Source: an uncultured delta proteobacterium
GTDB lineage: Bacteria > Desulfobacterota > Binatia > UBA9968
DNA: 64,000 nt
Assembly: GCA_963804165.1 (NCBI GenBank)
Contig: CAWDPO010000046.1
Location: 192,001 to 256,000 of the forward strand
Direction of reading: 5' to 3'
Each line of letters starts with the position of its first letter. Positions within the stretch are counted from its first letter, which is position 1. The notes under the pieces are model-generated. The model had not been told where the DNA came from. It saw only the letters and a list, made by a program, of their open reading frames with translations, and did not search any database. The translations under genes were made by a program, and so were the position numbers. Positions 29,617 to 39,917 of this stretch are shown here, one piece after another.

Positions 29617-30150
29617 ATGACTCTAAGCACCGAATTTTCTCGATTGCTGACGGATCATTTCGTCGCGTTGATCCTCGACAATGAGGTGACGGTCGGTGAG
29701 TTTGTCGTCGATCCGCCGCTCACCTGGACGCGCTTCGTCCAACAGACCGGCGTTTTTCGAGTGGCTGATGGCTATCCGAACGTCTTGACGGCGGCACAGG
29801 CCAAGTTCGAGATGAGAAATTGGGACGAGGTTTCTTTGTCGAGCATTATGCGCGCGTTGGCCGAGCTGGACGACGGCGTCGATTACGTGCTTGTGGGCAA
29901 CAACGCAGGTCAAGGTCTGCCGATGGCAAAAAGTTTGGCGCCAGGATTAATCGCCAAAAATGCCGCGATCATTTACGCCAAGAGTCTTCCGGAGAAGGCG
30001 GCCTACGAGCAACTGGGCTATCGAGCGTTTTTTCGCAGGAGTGAAGCAGTTTCCCAACTCATTCGATTGGCGAACAATTCGTCACGGCCTTTGGCTCTCT
30101 GCTTCATCAACACGATCCAACACAACGACGACAACTACCATGATCCATAA
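29617..30150 (+). CDS. Hypothetical protein
   Basis: 177-aa ORF with ordinary composition. Confidence 0.7.
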   Translation: MTLSTEFSRLLTDHFVALILDNEVTVGEFVVDPPLTWTRFVQQTGVFRVADGYPNVLTAAQAKFEMRNWDEVSLSSIMRALAELDDGVDYVLVGNNAGQGLPMAKSLAPGLIAKNAAIIYAKSLPEKAAYEQLGYRAFFRRSEAVSQLIRLANNSSRPLALCFINTIQHNDDNYHDP

Positions 30151-30242
30151 AGCCAGGTTGCGCTGGCTCGGTTAACGGGTCACTAAGCACCATCAACTAA
30201 GCGCGGTGGCTATTCCTATTCTGGAAAAATAACCGTGAGAGG

Positions 30243-30518
30243 TTACGCGGCGCGGTTGGTTGCTTGTGCTAGATCCCCGATTGATTCTTGCATTTTTTGG
30301 GCGGCGTCCCTGTGTACGCGTTGGCGTACGGCATCGGGTTCCAACGACAAGTGGTGACAAATCCAAGTAAAACTTCCGATGGAATCGTCCTTCGAAGTAA
30401 ACCATAATCGCGCCGAGCGTGCGAGAGGATCGCGTCCGCTAAGATCGGCATGGGCTTGAAGCAGCACGTAGGCCCACAACTTTCGTTCGGGATCAGTCAT
30501 CTGTTCAGGCTCTATCAT
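30243..30518 (-). CDS. Small hypothetical protein
   Basis: AAGGAG RBS; ERKLW..WF..SFTWIC..L.LEP pattern. Confidence 0.7.
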   Translation of the reverse strand: MIEPEQMTDPERKLWAYVLLQAHADLSGRDPLARSARLWFTSKDDSIGSFTWICHHLSLEPDAVRQRVHRDAAQKMQESIGDLAQATNRAA

Positions 30519-31039
30519 TGGTCGTCACTCCTTTGACTGTTCACTACTGTTTAGCGGAATGCGCGCAAGAATCATTGAGCTTGATCAAAGACAAGTTTGT
30601 TAGCCAATGATGTCGCATACAAACGTCGAGAACCAAGGTTCTTGCCTACTTGCATTCCGCAACGGGCCTAGATCTTAGCAAGCACGGTGCCCAGACGACC
30701 TTAAATCCTTTTGCCGTCGTTAACTCCAGCATTCACGCTAAGTTGACTGCCCTTGGCGGGCAAAGCCATGTTTATACCGTTCAGAATCCAAACGGAAAAT
30801 CTTGGGCACAATCCGACAATTTTGTACCACGAGCGGCCGGCCTATAGCTCGGTCGAAGCCCCCGGGCGGTTGTTGGTGGGGGCTGCCCCATGCGATCAAA
30901 AAACTACTTCGCCCTATCCGCTGGTGATGGTGTCGTGCGTGAGGAAACTAAATTGGAAGTTTGTATTTCTTGTCTAATCCCTTGCGTGGCAATGATCTGA
31001 GCTGCATGGGCGCGCTATGCAGTCGACCATCCCTAGCGC

Positions 31040-32116
31040 CTACAGTAATTGGCCACCGGGCATGTGTGGGAAGGCGCTCATTTCATGCCCCGGATTTAAC
31101 GGTTCAACTCTATATAAATGGGCGCGGGTGAGTTGATCGAGGCGTGTGATGCCGAGCAGCGCCATGGCGGTAACGATTTCGGTTTCGAGGATTTGGAGAA
31201 CTCGTACCAAGCCCGCCTGACCGGCAGCGGCGAGGCCCCAACCCTGGAGCTTGCCGATGGCCACGGCGCGCGCGCCGTGGGCGACAGCTTTGAGTACGTC
31301 GCTGCCGCGAACGATACCGCCGTCGAGTAGGATCTCGGCCCGACCACCGACTGCGTCAACAATTTCCGGGAGCATGTCGATAGTCGCCCGACCGTGATCG
31401 AGCTGACGTCCGCCGTGATTGGAGATATAAATGGTGCTGACGCCGTGCTCCACCGCCAGGGCCGCGTCTTCGGCGGTGGCAACGCCTTTTAAAATGAACG
31501 GAAGCCCGGCCATCTCTTTGATTGCATCCAAGCTCTCCCACGTAAGGCCGGCGCGGTACTCGTAGCCGATTCCACGCCGGCTGGGCGGTAGCCAGCGATC
31601 CATCATCTGGCGCTCCCGCCGGCCGTAATGCGCGGTATCGACAGTGAGGCAGAGAGCCGAATAACCGGCATATTTAACCCGGGTGAGAAGACTCTCAACC
31701 CATTTTAAATCTCCCTGCACGTAGAGCTGAAAGATTTTCGGATTGCCGCTGGCCGCGGCAATCTCTTCGAGGCTCGGTTGGGTAACTGAGCTGACGAAGT
31801 TGACGGTGCCGAATTCTTCGGCCGCTTTGGCGACGGCAACGCCGCCCTCGGCTGTGATCGACTGCAATGAGCCGATGGGCGCAAGCATGACCGGGATTCT
31901 CAGTTTGTGGCCGAGGAATTGTGTTGAGCTGTCGATCTCTGCCACGGCAGCGAGCACCCGCGGGCGAAACGCAAAACCGTCGAGACCGTAACGATTGCGT
32001 CGCATGGTGCTTTCCGATTCGGCGCCGCCGCTGAGATAGTGCCAAACATTGTCAGGCAGATTGCGTCGCGCCGCCATGATAATTTCCTGATTGGTCACAA
32101 ACTCTAGCGGTGCCAT
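31040..32116 (-). CDS. FMN-dependent alpha-hydroxy-acid oxidase/dehydrogenase
   Basis: FQLY, LTVD, ILKG, SNHGGRQLD, DGGIVRGSD. Confidence 0.95.
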   Translation of the reverse strand: MAPLEFVTNQEIIMAARRNLPDNVWHYLSGGAESESTMRRNRYGLDGFAFRPRVLAAVAEIDSSTQFLGHKLRIPVMLAPIGSLQSITAEGGVAVAKAAEEFGTVNFVSSVTQPSLEEIAAASGNPKIFQLYVQGDLKWVESLLTRVKYAGYSALCLTVDTAHYGRRERQMMDRWLPPSRRGIGYEYRAGLTWESLDAIKEMAGLPFILKGVATAEDAALAVEHGVSTIYISNHGGRQLDHGRATIDMLPEIVDAVGGRAEILLDGGIVRGSDVLKAVAHGARAVAIGKLQGWGLAAAGQAGLVRVLQILETEIVTAMALLGITRLDQLTRAHLYRVEPLNPGHEMSAFPHMPGGQLL

Positions 32117-32384
32117 CTGCTCCTTTCGCGATTTTTAAAAATCTGTGCCACAATGGCTTCGATTCTGGTTAGCGCAAAGCGCAACGTTTAACAATCCTCG
32201 GAAAACGGTTGGCAAAGATTTTAAAGTGAGCAGGGCGAGAGGAAATGGCGGCTAGGAGTGAAAAACTCCGCGGAGCGCAGCGTGCCTTCAGCGTTAGATC
32301 CAAATTACTGCGAGGGGTCCGACGGAATGAAATCGGACCCTCGCGTTTTAAAAATTGCTCGACCCGGGAGTGAGTCACTTGCGC

Positions 32385-32620
32385 TCAATCATTATAGTAA
32401 TCCCTGGAGGGATTGCTCCGGCTGTAGCGGCGATCATAGTCGCGATCATAACGCCCGTAGCGCCAATCGCGATCGCGATCGTAGCGATAGCTATAGCGTC
32501 GCTCAGGGTGGCGATGGTATCCCCAGTGGTCATCTCGATCGTAGTAACAGCCGGCCGCAAACATCGTCATTAAAGCCATGAGCACTAGCGCAAAATCGAT
32601 CCGCGTTTTGCTGGTTTCAT
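32385..32620 (-). CDS. Small Arg/Asp/Tyr-rich lipoprotein (frameshift in signal peptide near 32588)
   Basis: AAAGGAG RBS, MKPAKRGSIL then LVLMALMTMFAAGC lipobox in shifted frame, RDRD/YDR repeats. Confidence 0.65.
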
Positions 32621-32895
32621 AAGTACTCCTTTCCCTGTTTGTCTCTCGATTTGAGATTTGCGCAATGCCCATGCCAGGGAAACGAAATCTTTGAAAACAC
32701 GGAGTTCCACGCATATATGAATATTATGTGCATAACGATGTGGAAAATTCGCAGAAACGGGCGGAGGAGAAAACCGAGTGTCGCAATTTTGCGACAGGCA
32801 GAAGCCGATGATATATGTGATAACAGAGGCGGCGCATGATTCGTAATGAAATACTAATGCAGAAGCTGGAGGGAGCAAGCTCGCGCAATCCGAAC

Positions 32896-33504
32896 ATGAA
32901 ACAAGCGGCTTTTGTAATCGCTATAGTCTTCGCCATCACAGTCGCTGTGCGGAATGCTGTGCTCTGCGCCGATGAGATGCCGGTGAAGCTGGTGCCGGTG
33001 TTGAAGATCAACAAGGAATACGACAAGCGGACAACGATAAAGCCTTCGACCGTGCCGAATGGCGGCGATGGCCTGTTTGCCGTCGCACCAATTAAAAAAG
33101 GCGAAGTGATCGGCGAGCTCGGCGGCCGGCTCGTTACGGCCGAGGGTCACGCGGGAAATCATCATTATCTCGCCTCGATACCGGAGTGCGCGTGGGAAGA
33201 AACTCAACCCTACAGATACCTCGATAGTAAGGATTTCGGCGGCAACGTGAGCCGAACTAATTTCGCGCCGAGCAAGATCAATGGCGTAGAGACAGAGTTC
33301 CAGAATGCGGCGATCACTCAACTTTGCGCGTATCCCTATTTTGTTTTTGTTGCTTTGAAAGATATCGAGCCGGGGGCAGAGATCTGGTCGAGCTACGGTC
33401 CGCACTATGAATATGACAAGTTCATGTATGCGCCGGAGGTGCGGGATTTCTTCTGCGATTTAATAAAGATCGACTGCCACGAAAAATATGCCTACGAGTA
33501 CTAA
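32896..33504 (+). CDS. Exported SET-domain protein, paralog 1
   Basis: Signal peptide; STVPNGGDGLFA, IKKGEVIG, ALKDIEPGAEIWSSYG. Confidence 0.85.
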   Translation: MKQAAFVIAIVFAITVAVRNAVLCADEMPVKLVPVLKINKEYDKRTTIKPSTVPNGGDGLFAVAPIKKGEVIGELGGRLVTAEGHAGNHHYLASIPECAWEETQPYRYLDSKDFGGNVSRTNFAPSKINGVETEFQNAAITQLCAYPYFVFVALKDIEPGAEIWSSYGPHYEYDKFMYAPEVRDFFCDLIKIDCHEKYAYEY

Positions 33505-33586
33505 GAAAGAACGGGACATGACTCGGCGCAGTTTGGTTGATTGGGTGGAATCAGAAAACTTACCCATCATCGTTTGAGGAGGCGTT

Positions 33587-34384
33587 ATGGAGATTTTCGA
33601 TATTCATCACCATCTTGGCGCGTTGACGGGAGGGAGTCTGCAGGAGGGCGATGATTGGCAGGAGCGCGACTACAGCAACCGGGTGCGGATGATGGAAGCC
33701 AACGGTGTCACGATGGCGGCGATCCTGGCGGCGACGGGATACATTCAGGCAGACGGCATCAAGGATACGATGCGTTGCAATGATACGGTGGCCGCCTATC
33801 GCAAGCGCGACCCGAAGCGTTTCCCTGTCGCCTGCGGCATTGTCGAGCCGCTTCATGGGGTACGCTCGCTCGGCGAGCTCGAACGAATGAAGCATGAACT
33901 GCAGCTCGATGGTGTCGTGTGGCATAGCCGGTTTCAGGGCGTTGCCGTCGACCATCAACTGATGCGGCCGCTATTAAAAAAAGTCGGCGAGGTTGGACTC
34001 GTGCCGCTGATACACACCAACGCCGAGTCGAACCTCGAAGCGGTGTGGCGTCTGGAGCGGCTGGCGTTGGAATTCCCCGATCTGACGTTCGTTTCGATGG
34101 ATGCCTTAACGACGAATACCAATAGTCAGCTGGCGCTGGATATCGCCAAACGCACGAGCAATATTCTCTTCGACACTGCGCACGTGCGCGGCCCGGCCTA
34201 CATCCGTCAATTTGTCGAAGCGGTGGGCTCGCACCGGTTGATCTTTGGCAGTCTGTTTTATTCTTATCCGGCAAGTTATGAGCACTGCGCGACCCTAGAC
34301 GAGATCAAAGCGGCAAAAATTGGCGACGAGGACAAGGCCAAGATTCTTGCTCTCAATGCGAAAAAGCTTTTTAAGCTGGCCTAA
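33587..34384 (+). CDS. Amidohydrolase family 2 protein
   Basis: DIHHH, LIHT, FDTA, LIFGS, NAKKLF. Confidence 0.88.
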   Translation: MEIFDIHHHLGALTGGSLQEGDDWQERDYSNRVRMMEANGVTMAAILAATGYIQADGIKDTMRCNDTVAAYRKRDPKRFPVACGIVEPLHGVRSLGELERMKHELQLDGVVWHSRFQGVAVDHQLMRPLLKKVGEVGLVPLIHTNAESNLEAVWRLERLALEFPDLTFVSMDALTTNTNSQLALDIAKRTSNILFDTAHVRGPAYIRQFVEAVGSHRLIFGSLFYSYPASYEHCATLDEIKAAKIGDEDKAKILALNAKKLFKLA

Positions 34385-34893
34385 CCGCCCTGCCACCTAT
34401 TTGGACTCCGGGAGTCGGCATCGCGGCGAGATGGACAAGCCTCGGGACTCAGGCATCATCGATACGGACCGATAACGAAACTGCGGGGCATGCGGGGAAT
34501 CAGAGGTGATGATTGGTGTTAAAGGCGTGGTGCGGAAATAGATATGCCCCTTCCTACCGGTAACAATTACGTTCTCAAAGTGACAAATAGACTCGGAGAG
34601 ATTTTCGCCGCAAAGTCTTACTCCTTCTTATGGCCGGTGGTCCAAGTCTGCGTTTCAACGCATCGTCTACATGCCTCGACCAGACTGTCACGGCTCAGTT
34701 TGTGCAGCTCGACATTTCATTTTTCATGTCGAAGCGTTATTTACCCTCTGGAAACAAGGGGATCGGATGTTATGTTGCAGTTTGTCCCGTCGGCAACCCC
34801 CGCGTGACAAAGTTTTTGGCTAACGGAGACACAGAATAGTCGCCCAGTGATGACCGGTCTAGGACGTTCCGCGGCGACCGTGGAGAGAAACTC

Positions 34894-35514
34894 ATGCGAA
34901 CGCTATTTTTACGCATTGTTGGGATCTGCCTTTTGACGCTTGGTCTTGCTAGTTGTGCCACCACAAATCCCATCGTCAGCGAGTGGCGCAATCCCGGCTA
35001 CAACAAGGCGTCTTTCCATCGCGTTATGGTCGGTGGTCTTGGCGGGGCGACCAGCGTCCGGCGCAATTTCGAAGATGAATTCGTCAGCCAACTCCGGGCG
35101 GGCGGGATCGATGCGCTGCCGAGCTATCGCTACATATCCGACGATGAAGAAGTCGATGAAACCAAGATCAAAGAAGCAGCACAAAAGGCCGGCGCCGATG
35201 CCACGATCTTTACGCGATCGATTCAGGTGGAGCGAAAGACGCAACCCGGCGCGAGCTATTATCCCGGTCCCTGGTTCGGATTTTACGGCCCTCACGGCGG
35301 GGTCAGTTGGAGCGGCCTCTACGGCGTGCCGAGCGTGCATCGTTACAATGAGTATACATCGGAAGCTACGCTGTATGACGTGGCGAAAAACGAGTTGGTC
35401 TGGACCGCGACGATCCGGACCACCGAGCCGGACGACGTCAAGACCGCCATCAAGAGCTACGTCGCAGCGGTGATCCATACGCTCGATGAAAAAGACCTGC
35501 TGGGCAGAAGATAG
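34894..35514 (+). CDS. DUF4136-like lipoprotein
   Basis: Lipobox LASC, RRNFEDEF, LYDV..LVW. Confidence 0.75.
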   Translation: MRTLFLRIVGICLLTLGLASCATTNPIVSEWRNPGYNKASFHRVMVGGLGGATSVRRNFEDEFVSQLRAGGIDALPSYRYISDDEEVDETKIKEAAQKAGADATIFTRSIQVERKTQPGASYYPGPWFGFYGPHGGVSWSGLYGVPSVHRYNEYTSEATLYDVAKNELVWTATIRTTEPDDVKTAIKSYVAAVIHTLDEKDLLGRR

Positions 35515-35789
35515 AGCGATAAGACAGCTTCTTGGTAAGCTCGTTGTGAATCACGGCAATCCTCAATTTCGTGGAGCAACGCGGCATCCGCGCGTCGTGG
35601 CGTTTTGCTTTCTCGCCGCCGGGTGTGCTGTCGTCAATTACGCAGCTTGACGGCTTGTGTCATTTGAGCACGCCAGAAGAACGTACCAGTTGAAGTTGTT
35701 CCACCGGCGATTTGACAAGCTCAGTCGCCTATGATTCCTGAGAAAGCATCGAACTCGAACAGGAGTAGGCGCCCGCTAAAACACTGCCG

Positions 35790-36398
35790 ATGAAAATATA
35801 TTATTTTCTTGAGCTACTTATCGCCACGGTATTTATCGTTCCGGATTCAAGCTTGGCAGCCGCGCAAAAAAGGGAGCCGCAGCAGGTCGCACTGATAAAA
35901 ATCGATAAAAAATATGAAACCAGAACTGTCGTTAAAAAGTCGACGGTCCCTGGCGCCGGCAATGGCCTGTTTGCCGCGGTGAAAATTAAAAAAGGAGAAG
36001 TGATCGGTCAACTGGGTGGGCGGCTGGTTTCGGATGACGATTACCCCAAAGGCAACCCTTATCTGGCGACTATCCCGGAATGCGCGCTGGAGAAAACCAA
36101 GCCGTACAAATATATCGACAGTAAAGACTACGGCGCTCACGTGAGCCGCATCAATTTCGCGCCGAGCAAGATCAACGGAAAGGATACCGACTTTCAAAAT
36201 GCCGCCATCAAGCAACTTTGCGATCATCCGTATTTCGTTTTCGTCGCTTTGAAGGATATCGAGCAAGGCACGGAGATTTGGTCCAGTTACGGTCCCAACT
36301 ACGATTACGAGAGGTTTATGAAAATCCCGGCAGTGCGCGATTTTTTCTGCGGGTTACAAAAGATCGATTGTCGTGAAAAATACACCTATTCATATTAA
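35790..36398 (+). CDS. Exported SET-domain protein, paralog 2
   Basis: Signal peptide; STVPGAGNGLFA, ALKDIEQGTEIWSSYG; colinear with paralog 1. Confidence 0.85.
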   Translation: MKIYYFLELLIATVFIVPDSSLAAAQKREPQQVALIKIDKKYETRTVVKKSTVPGAGNGLFAAVKIKKGEVIGQLGGRLVSDDDYPKGNPYLATIPECALEKTKPYKYIDSKDYGAHVSRINFAPSKINGKDTDFQNAAIKQLCDHPYFVFVALKDIEQGTEIWSSYGPNYDYERFMKIPAVRDFFCGLQKIDCREKYTYSY

Positions 36399-36619
36399 GA
36401 TTCTGCCGAATACCCATTTACCCGCGGCATGGCCGTGGGCGTAATCGTCCCGCCAATGGTTCTTCCCAAGAGAGTGTTCGCTTCGTGCCCTGTTGCATCA
36501 TCGGTCGTCGTTCCGCGGGTTTAAGCTCGGATCGGAGCCGCGGTCAGACCGCTTGAGCGCTGCTTAGCACTGTTCCCGTTGTGGACTGTAATAGTGCTAT
36601 TTTGTTAAGAGTGTGGTGA

Positions 36620-37765
36620 ATGGATATGGACTACAAAACCGACGATTTGCGGATACGCGAGATCAAAGAGCTCGTTGCGCCGGTGGATTTACTTAGCGAG
36701 TTTTTCATCACTCGAAGGGTCGCAGAGACTGTCTGGCAGACGCGGCAAGCAATCCACCGAATCTTGCACGGCGCGGACGATCGCTTATTGGTCATCATGG
36801 GGCCGTGTTCGATTCACGACGTAAGAGCAGCGATGGAATTTGCCGGCAGACTCGGCGAAGCGAAAGGCCGGCTCGCCGCGGATTTATTGGTCGTAATGCG
36901 AGTCTATTTTGAAAAACCGCGCACCACGGTGGGATGGAAAGGGCTGATCAATGATCCCGACCTGGACGGCAGCTATCGCATCAATGAAGGATTGCGTATA
37001 GCACGCCAATTGCTGCTTGAGCTCAATGAAGCGCGAATGCCGGTCGGTTGCGAGTTTCTTGATATGGTCATTCCGCAATACATCGGCGACCTCGTCTCCT
37101 GGGGCGCCATCGGCGCCCGCACCACCGAAAGCCAACTGCACCGTGAGCTCGCGTCCGGGTTGTCCTGCCCGGTGGGTTTCAAGAACGGCACGGACGGAAA
37201 TATACGCGTCGCGCTCGACGCGATCCGCGCGGCGCAGGCGCCACATCATTTCATTGCCGTGACCAAGGCGGGACGCTCTGCAATCGCGGCGACGACCGGT
37301 AATGAAGATTGCCACATGATTCTGCGCGGCGGAAAACGGCCCAACTATCACGCTGCAAACGTTGCTGCCGCGGTAAAACACCTTACGGAGGCCGGCATCC
37401 AACCGCGGATCATGATCGATCTTAGCCATGGTAACAGCGCCAAAGATCCGCAAAAACAAGTTGACGTCGGACGCAATGTGGCGGCCCAGGTCGCCGGAGG
37501 CGACAGAAGTATTTTCGGTGTCATGGTCGAAAGCCATTTGAAGGCGGGCCGGCAAGACCTGCTGCCGGGCAAGGCTCTCGTGTACGGCCTAAGCATCACT
37601 GACGCTTGCATCGGTTGGGAGGAGAGCGCCGCGCTGCTGGACACGCTCGCTGCCGCGGTGCGTGCGCGCCGCCGAAAGATGGCCGGGGATGTTGATCCCG
37701 GTGGTGGGGCCGTCCAGGACGACGCTACGGTGAATGGACACGTTAAGTTGACACTTCATGATTGA
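36620..37765 (+). CDS. aroG: DAHP synthase class I-alpha (AroG/F/H type)
   Basis: GPCSIHD, RVYFEKPRT, IGARTTESQ, GFKNGTDG, SHGNS, SITDAC. Confidence 0.93.
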   Translation: MDMDYKTDDLRIREIKELVAPVDLLSEFFITRRVAETVWQTRQAIHRILHGADDRLLVIMGPCSIHDVRAAMEFAGRLGEAKGRLAADLLVVMRVYFEKPRTTVGWKGLINDPDLDGSYRINEGLRIARQLLLELNEARMPVGCEFLDMVIPQYIGDLVSWGAIGARTTESQLHRELASGLSCPVGFKNGTDGNIRVALDAIRAAQAPHHFIAVTKAGRSAIAATTGNEDCHMILRGGKRPNYHAANVAAAVKHLTEAGIQPRIMIDLSHGNSAKDPQKQVDVGRNVAAQVAGGDRSIFGVMVESHLKAGRQDLLPGKALVYGLSITDACIGWEESAALLDTLAAAVRARRRKMAGDVDPGGGAVQDDATVNGHVKLTLHD

Positions 37766-37795
37766 AATTAAACCGCTCACAGGGAGTCGCGCCCG

Positions 37796-38788
37796 ATGAA
37801 TATTCGATCGCTCCGGTTGCTCATTCTGCTTGGCACTTTGTTGGTGTCTTATCGTAACGTTCATCCGGCGACAGCGCTGACTAAAGTGAATCTGACGTCC
37901 GGTTCCGCGAGCGAGCGCGACGGCGTGATTTACGTCGCTCAGGAGCAAGGTTTGTTCCGCAAATACGGACTGGATGTAAGCTTTGTGCAGGTTCGCAGCG
38001 GTCCTGTGGCCATGTCGGCGCTAAGCTCGGGTGAGACGCACTTTCATTGGGGATCGGTTTCTGGAGCTAACCTCGGGGCGATTGCCGAGGGCGCGGATTT
38101 GGTATTCGTCGCTGGGTTTATCAATCGGCTCTCCGGTATATTCGTCGTCAATCCGCAGATCAAGTCCCCGGCAGAGCTGAAGGGAAAAAGTGTAGCGGTG
38201 AACAGTTTGAGTGGCGGCGGTTGGATTTTTTCGATGCTGATGCTGGACTATTGGGGACTTGCGCCGGAACGGGACAAGATTCAGTTCAGGACCTTGGGCG
38301 AGCAGGCGGTGATGGCGCAGGGAGTATTGAGCGGCACGGCGGACGCAGCGTTCTTGAGCTACACCTTCGGCAAGATGCTTCAAGGCAAAGGGTTTCGCGT
38401 TCTGGCGGATAGCGAAAAACTGCCGATTCCTTATCAAGGCTCGGGCATCATCACCAGGCGAAACGTCATAAATTCGTCACCGGCGATGCTGGAAAATTTG
38501 CTGCGCGCGTTACTCGATAGCGCGGCTTTCATTCGCAATCCTGAAAACAAGGCGCAAGTCACTAAAACTCTGGCGAGAGCGCTGCGCTTCAAACGGGTCG
38601 AGGACGCCGATGAAGGCTATCAAAGCATGGTGAATCTTTACGAGCGAAAGATTTATCCCAGCGTCGATGGCATTCGTAACGTGATCCGCCTGCTCGGCGC
38701 GAGTAATGAGAAAATCCGCCGCCTTAAAGCAGAAGATTTGGTCGACGATAGCGCCGTGCGCAAATTGGAGAAGGAAGGGCGGTTCTAG
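37796..38788 (+). CDS. ABC substrate-binding protein, NMT1/SsuA family
   Basis: Signal peptide, GLFRKYGLDV, IKSPAELKGK. Confidence 0.9.
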   Translation: MNIRSLRLLILLGTLLVSYRNVHPATALTKVNLTSGSASERDGVIYVAQEQGLFRKYGLDVSFVQVRSGPVAMSALSSGETHFHWGSVSGANLGAIAEGADLVFVAGFINRLSGIFVVNPQIKSPAELKGKSVAVNSLSGGGWIFSMLMLDYWGLAPERDKIQFRTLGEQAVMAQGVLSGTADAAFLSYTFGKMLQGKGFRVLADSEKLPIPYQGSGIITRRNVINSSPAMLENLLRALLDSAAFIRNPENKAQVTKTLARALRFKRVEDADEGYQSMVNLYERKIYPSVDGIRNVIRLLGASNEKIRRLKAEDLVDDSAVRKLEKEGRF

Positions 38789-38935
38789 GCGGGCGCTTTG
38801 TCGGCGGCGATCCGCTGCTTGACGTCATCCACGCCTTTAAAAATATCAGTGGTTGTGTCATAGAGGATGCGTTCTAAACGGGAGACAGCTTACGGCGGAA
38901 CATTTCCGCGCTAGATCAAGTCGGAGGAGAGAACA

Positions 38936-39844
38936 GTGGCCTTTCAAAAAATCGGTATCATGAGCATCGGCGAGATGGGATTTCACTGGGCCAAGCTGCT
39001 CAGGAGCCATGGCGTGGAAGTCCTGACCTACGACAAGGATCGCGGCGAGGTGAGCCGCAAGCGAGGCGAAAATGCCGGTGTAAAATCGCTAGGATCGATG
39101 GTCGAGCTGGTGCGCGAAAGCGAGTTGATCGTTTCCATCGTCGTGCCCTCAGCCGCGACGCGGGTGGCGGGTAAGGTTTCGGACGCGGTGAATAGCTCCG
39201 GGCGCAAGGATCTCCTTTATCTCGACGCCAATGCGATCTCGCCGATGACCGCAGATGAAATCGCCAAAATCTTAAAGCCCGCGGGCGTGAATTTTGTAGA
39301 TGGGTGCATTATCGGCGCGGCCGCTAGGATGGGCAAGGGGACAATCGTCTACGTATCCGGCGCCGAAGCGAGCCGGCTGCAGGTATTGGAGGCTTTCGAT
39401 ATTCCGACCAAAGTGCTGGGACCCAACACCAACCAAGCATCGGCGTTTAAAGTCGTCTACGCGGGTCTCACCAAGGGGCTGCAAGGGCTATTTTGCGAGC
39501 TCTTTATGGGCGCGCGCCGGTTTGGTCTGCTCGATGAGATTCGCGCCCAATATGAGGAAAGCTTTCCCGGACTGCTCGATAAAGTGTCCGGCTCCATCGT
39601 TGGCTTGCAGGTTCACGCCGGCCGGCGCGCCGAGGAGATGGATGAGCTAAAACGAACATTTAATCACCACGGCATGAACTCTTTCATGGCGCCTGCGGTG
39701 CAGAAGGTATTGGAAGCGATCGCGGCTTTGGAAGTGGGGCAGGCTTCGGCCAGCGGCGCACGCCAGGGCGACCTGCAGGAGACGCTGGAGCTCTTCTATA
39801 AAAAGGGGCTATTACAGTTGAGTTCTGCTAAGCCAGAATTCTAA
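38936..39844 (+). CDS. NAD(P)-dependent beta-hydroxyacid dehydrogenase-like protein (DUF1932 type)
   Basis: IGIMSIGEMG, DANAISP, ASAFKVVYAGLTKG, HAGRRAEEM. Confidence 0.85.
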   Translation: MAFQKIGIMSIGEMGFHWAKLLRSHGVEVLTYDKDRGEVSRKRGENAGVKSLGSMVELVRESELIVSIVVPSAATRVAGKVSDAVNSSGRKDLLYLDANAISPMTADEIAKILKPAGVNFVDGCIIGAAARMGKGTIVYVSGAEASRLQVLEAFDIPTKVLGPNTNQASAFKVVYAGLTKGLQGLFCELFMGARRFGLLDEIRAQYEESFPGLLDKVSGSIVGLQVHAGRRAEEMDELKRTFNHHGMNSFMAPAVQKVLEAIAALEVGQASASGARQGDLQETLELFYKKGLLQLSSAKPEF

Positions 39845-39917
39845 ACGACACCTATAGCCATAGGGCTATATTCTTGGTATGCAGTGCAGAACACGAATTT
39901 GAGGGAGGGTTAAACCA

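Noticed and set aside
32400-32500. CRISPR or DNA repeat array
   Set aside because: Repeats are explained by Arg-Asp codons; no regularly spaced repeat-spacer array was seen anywhere in the window.
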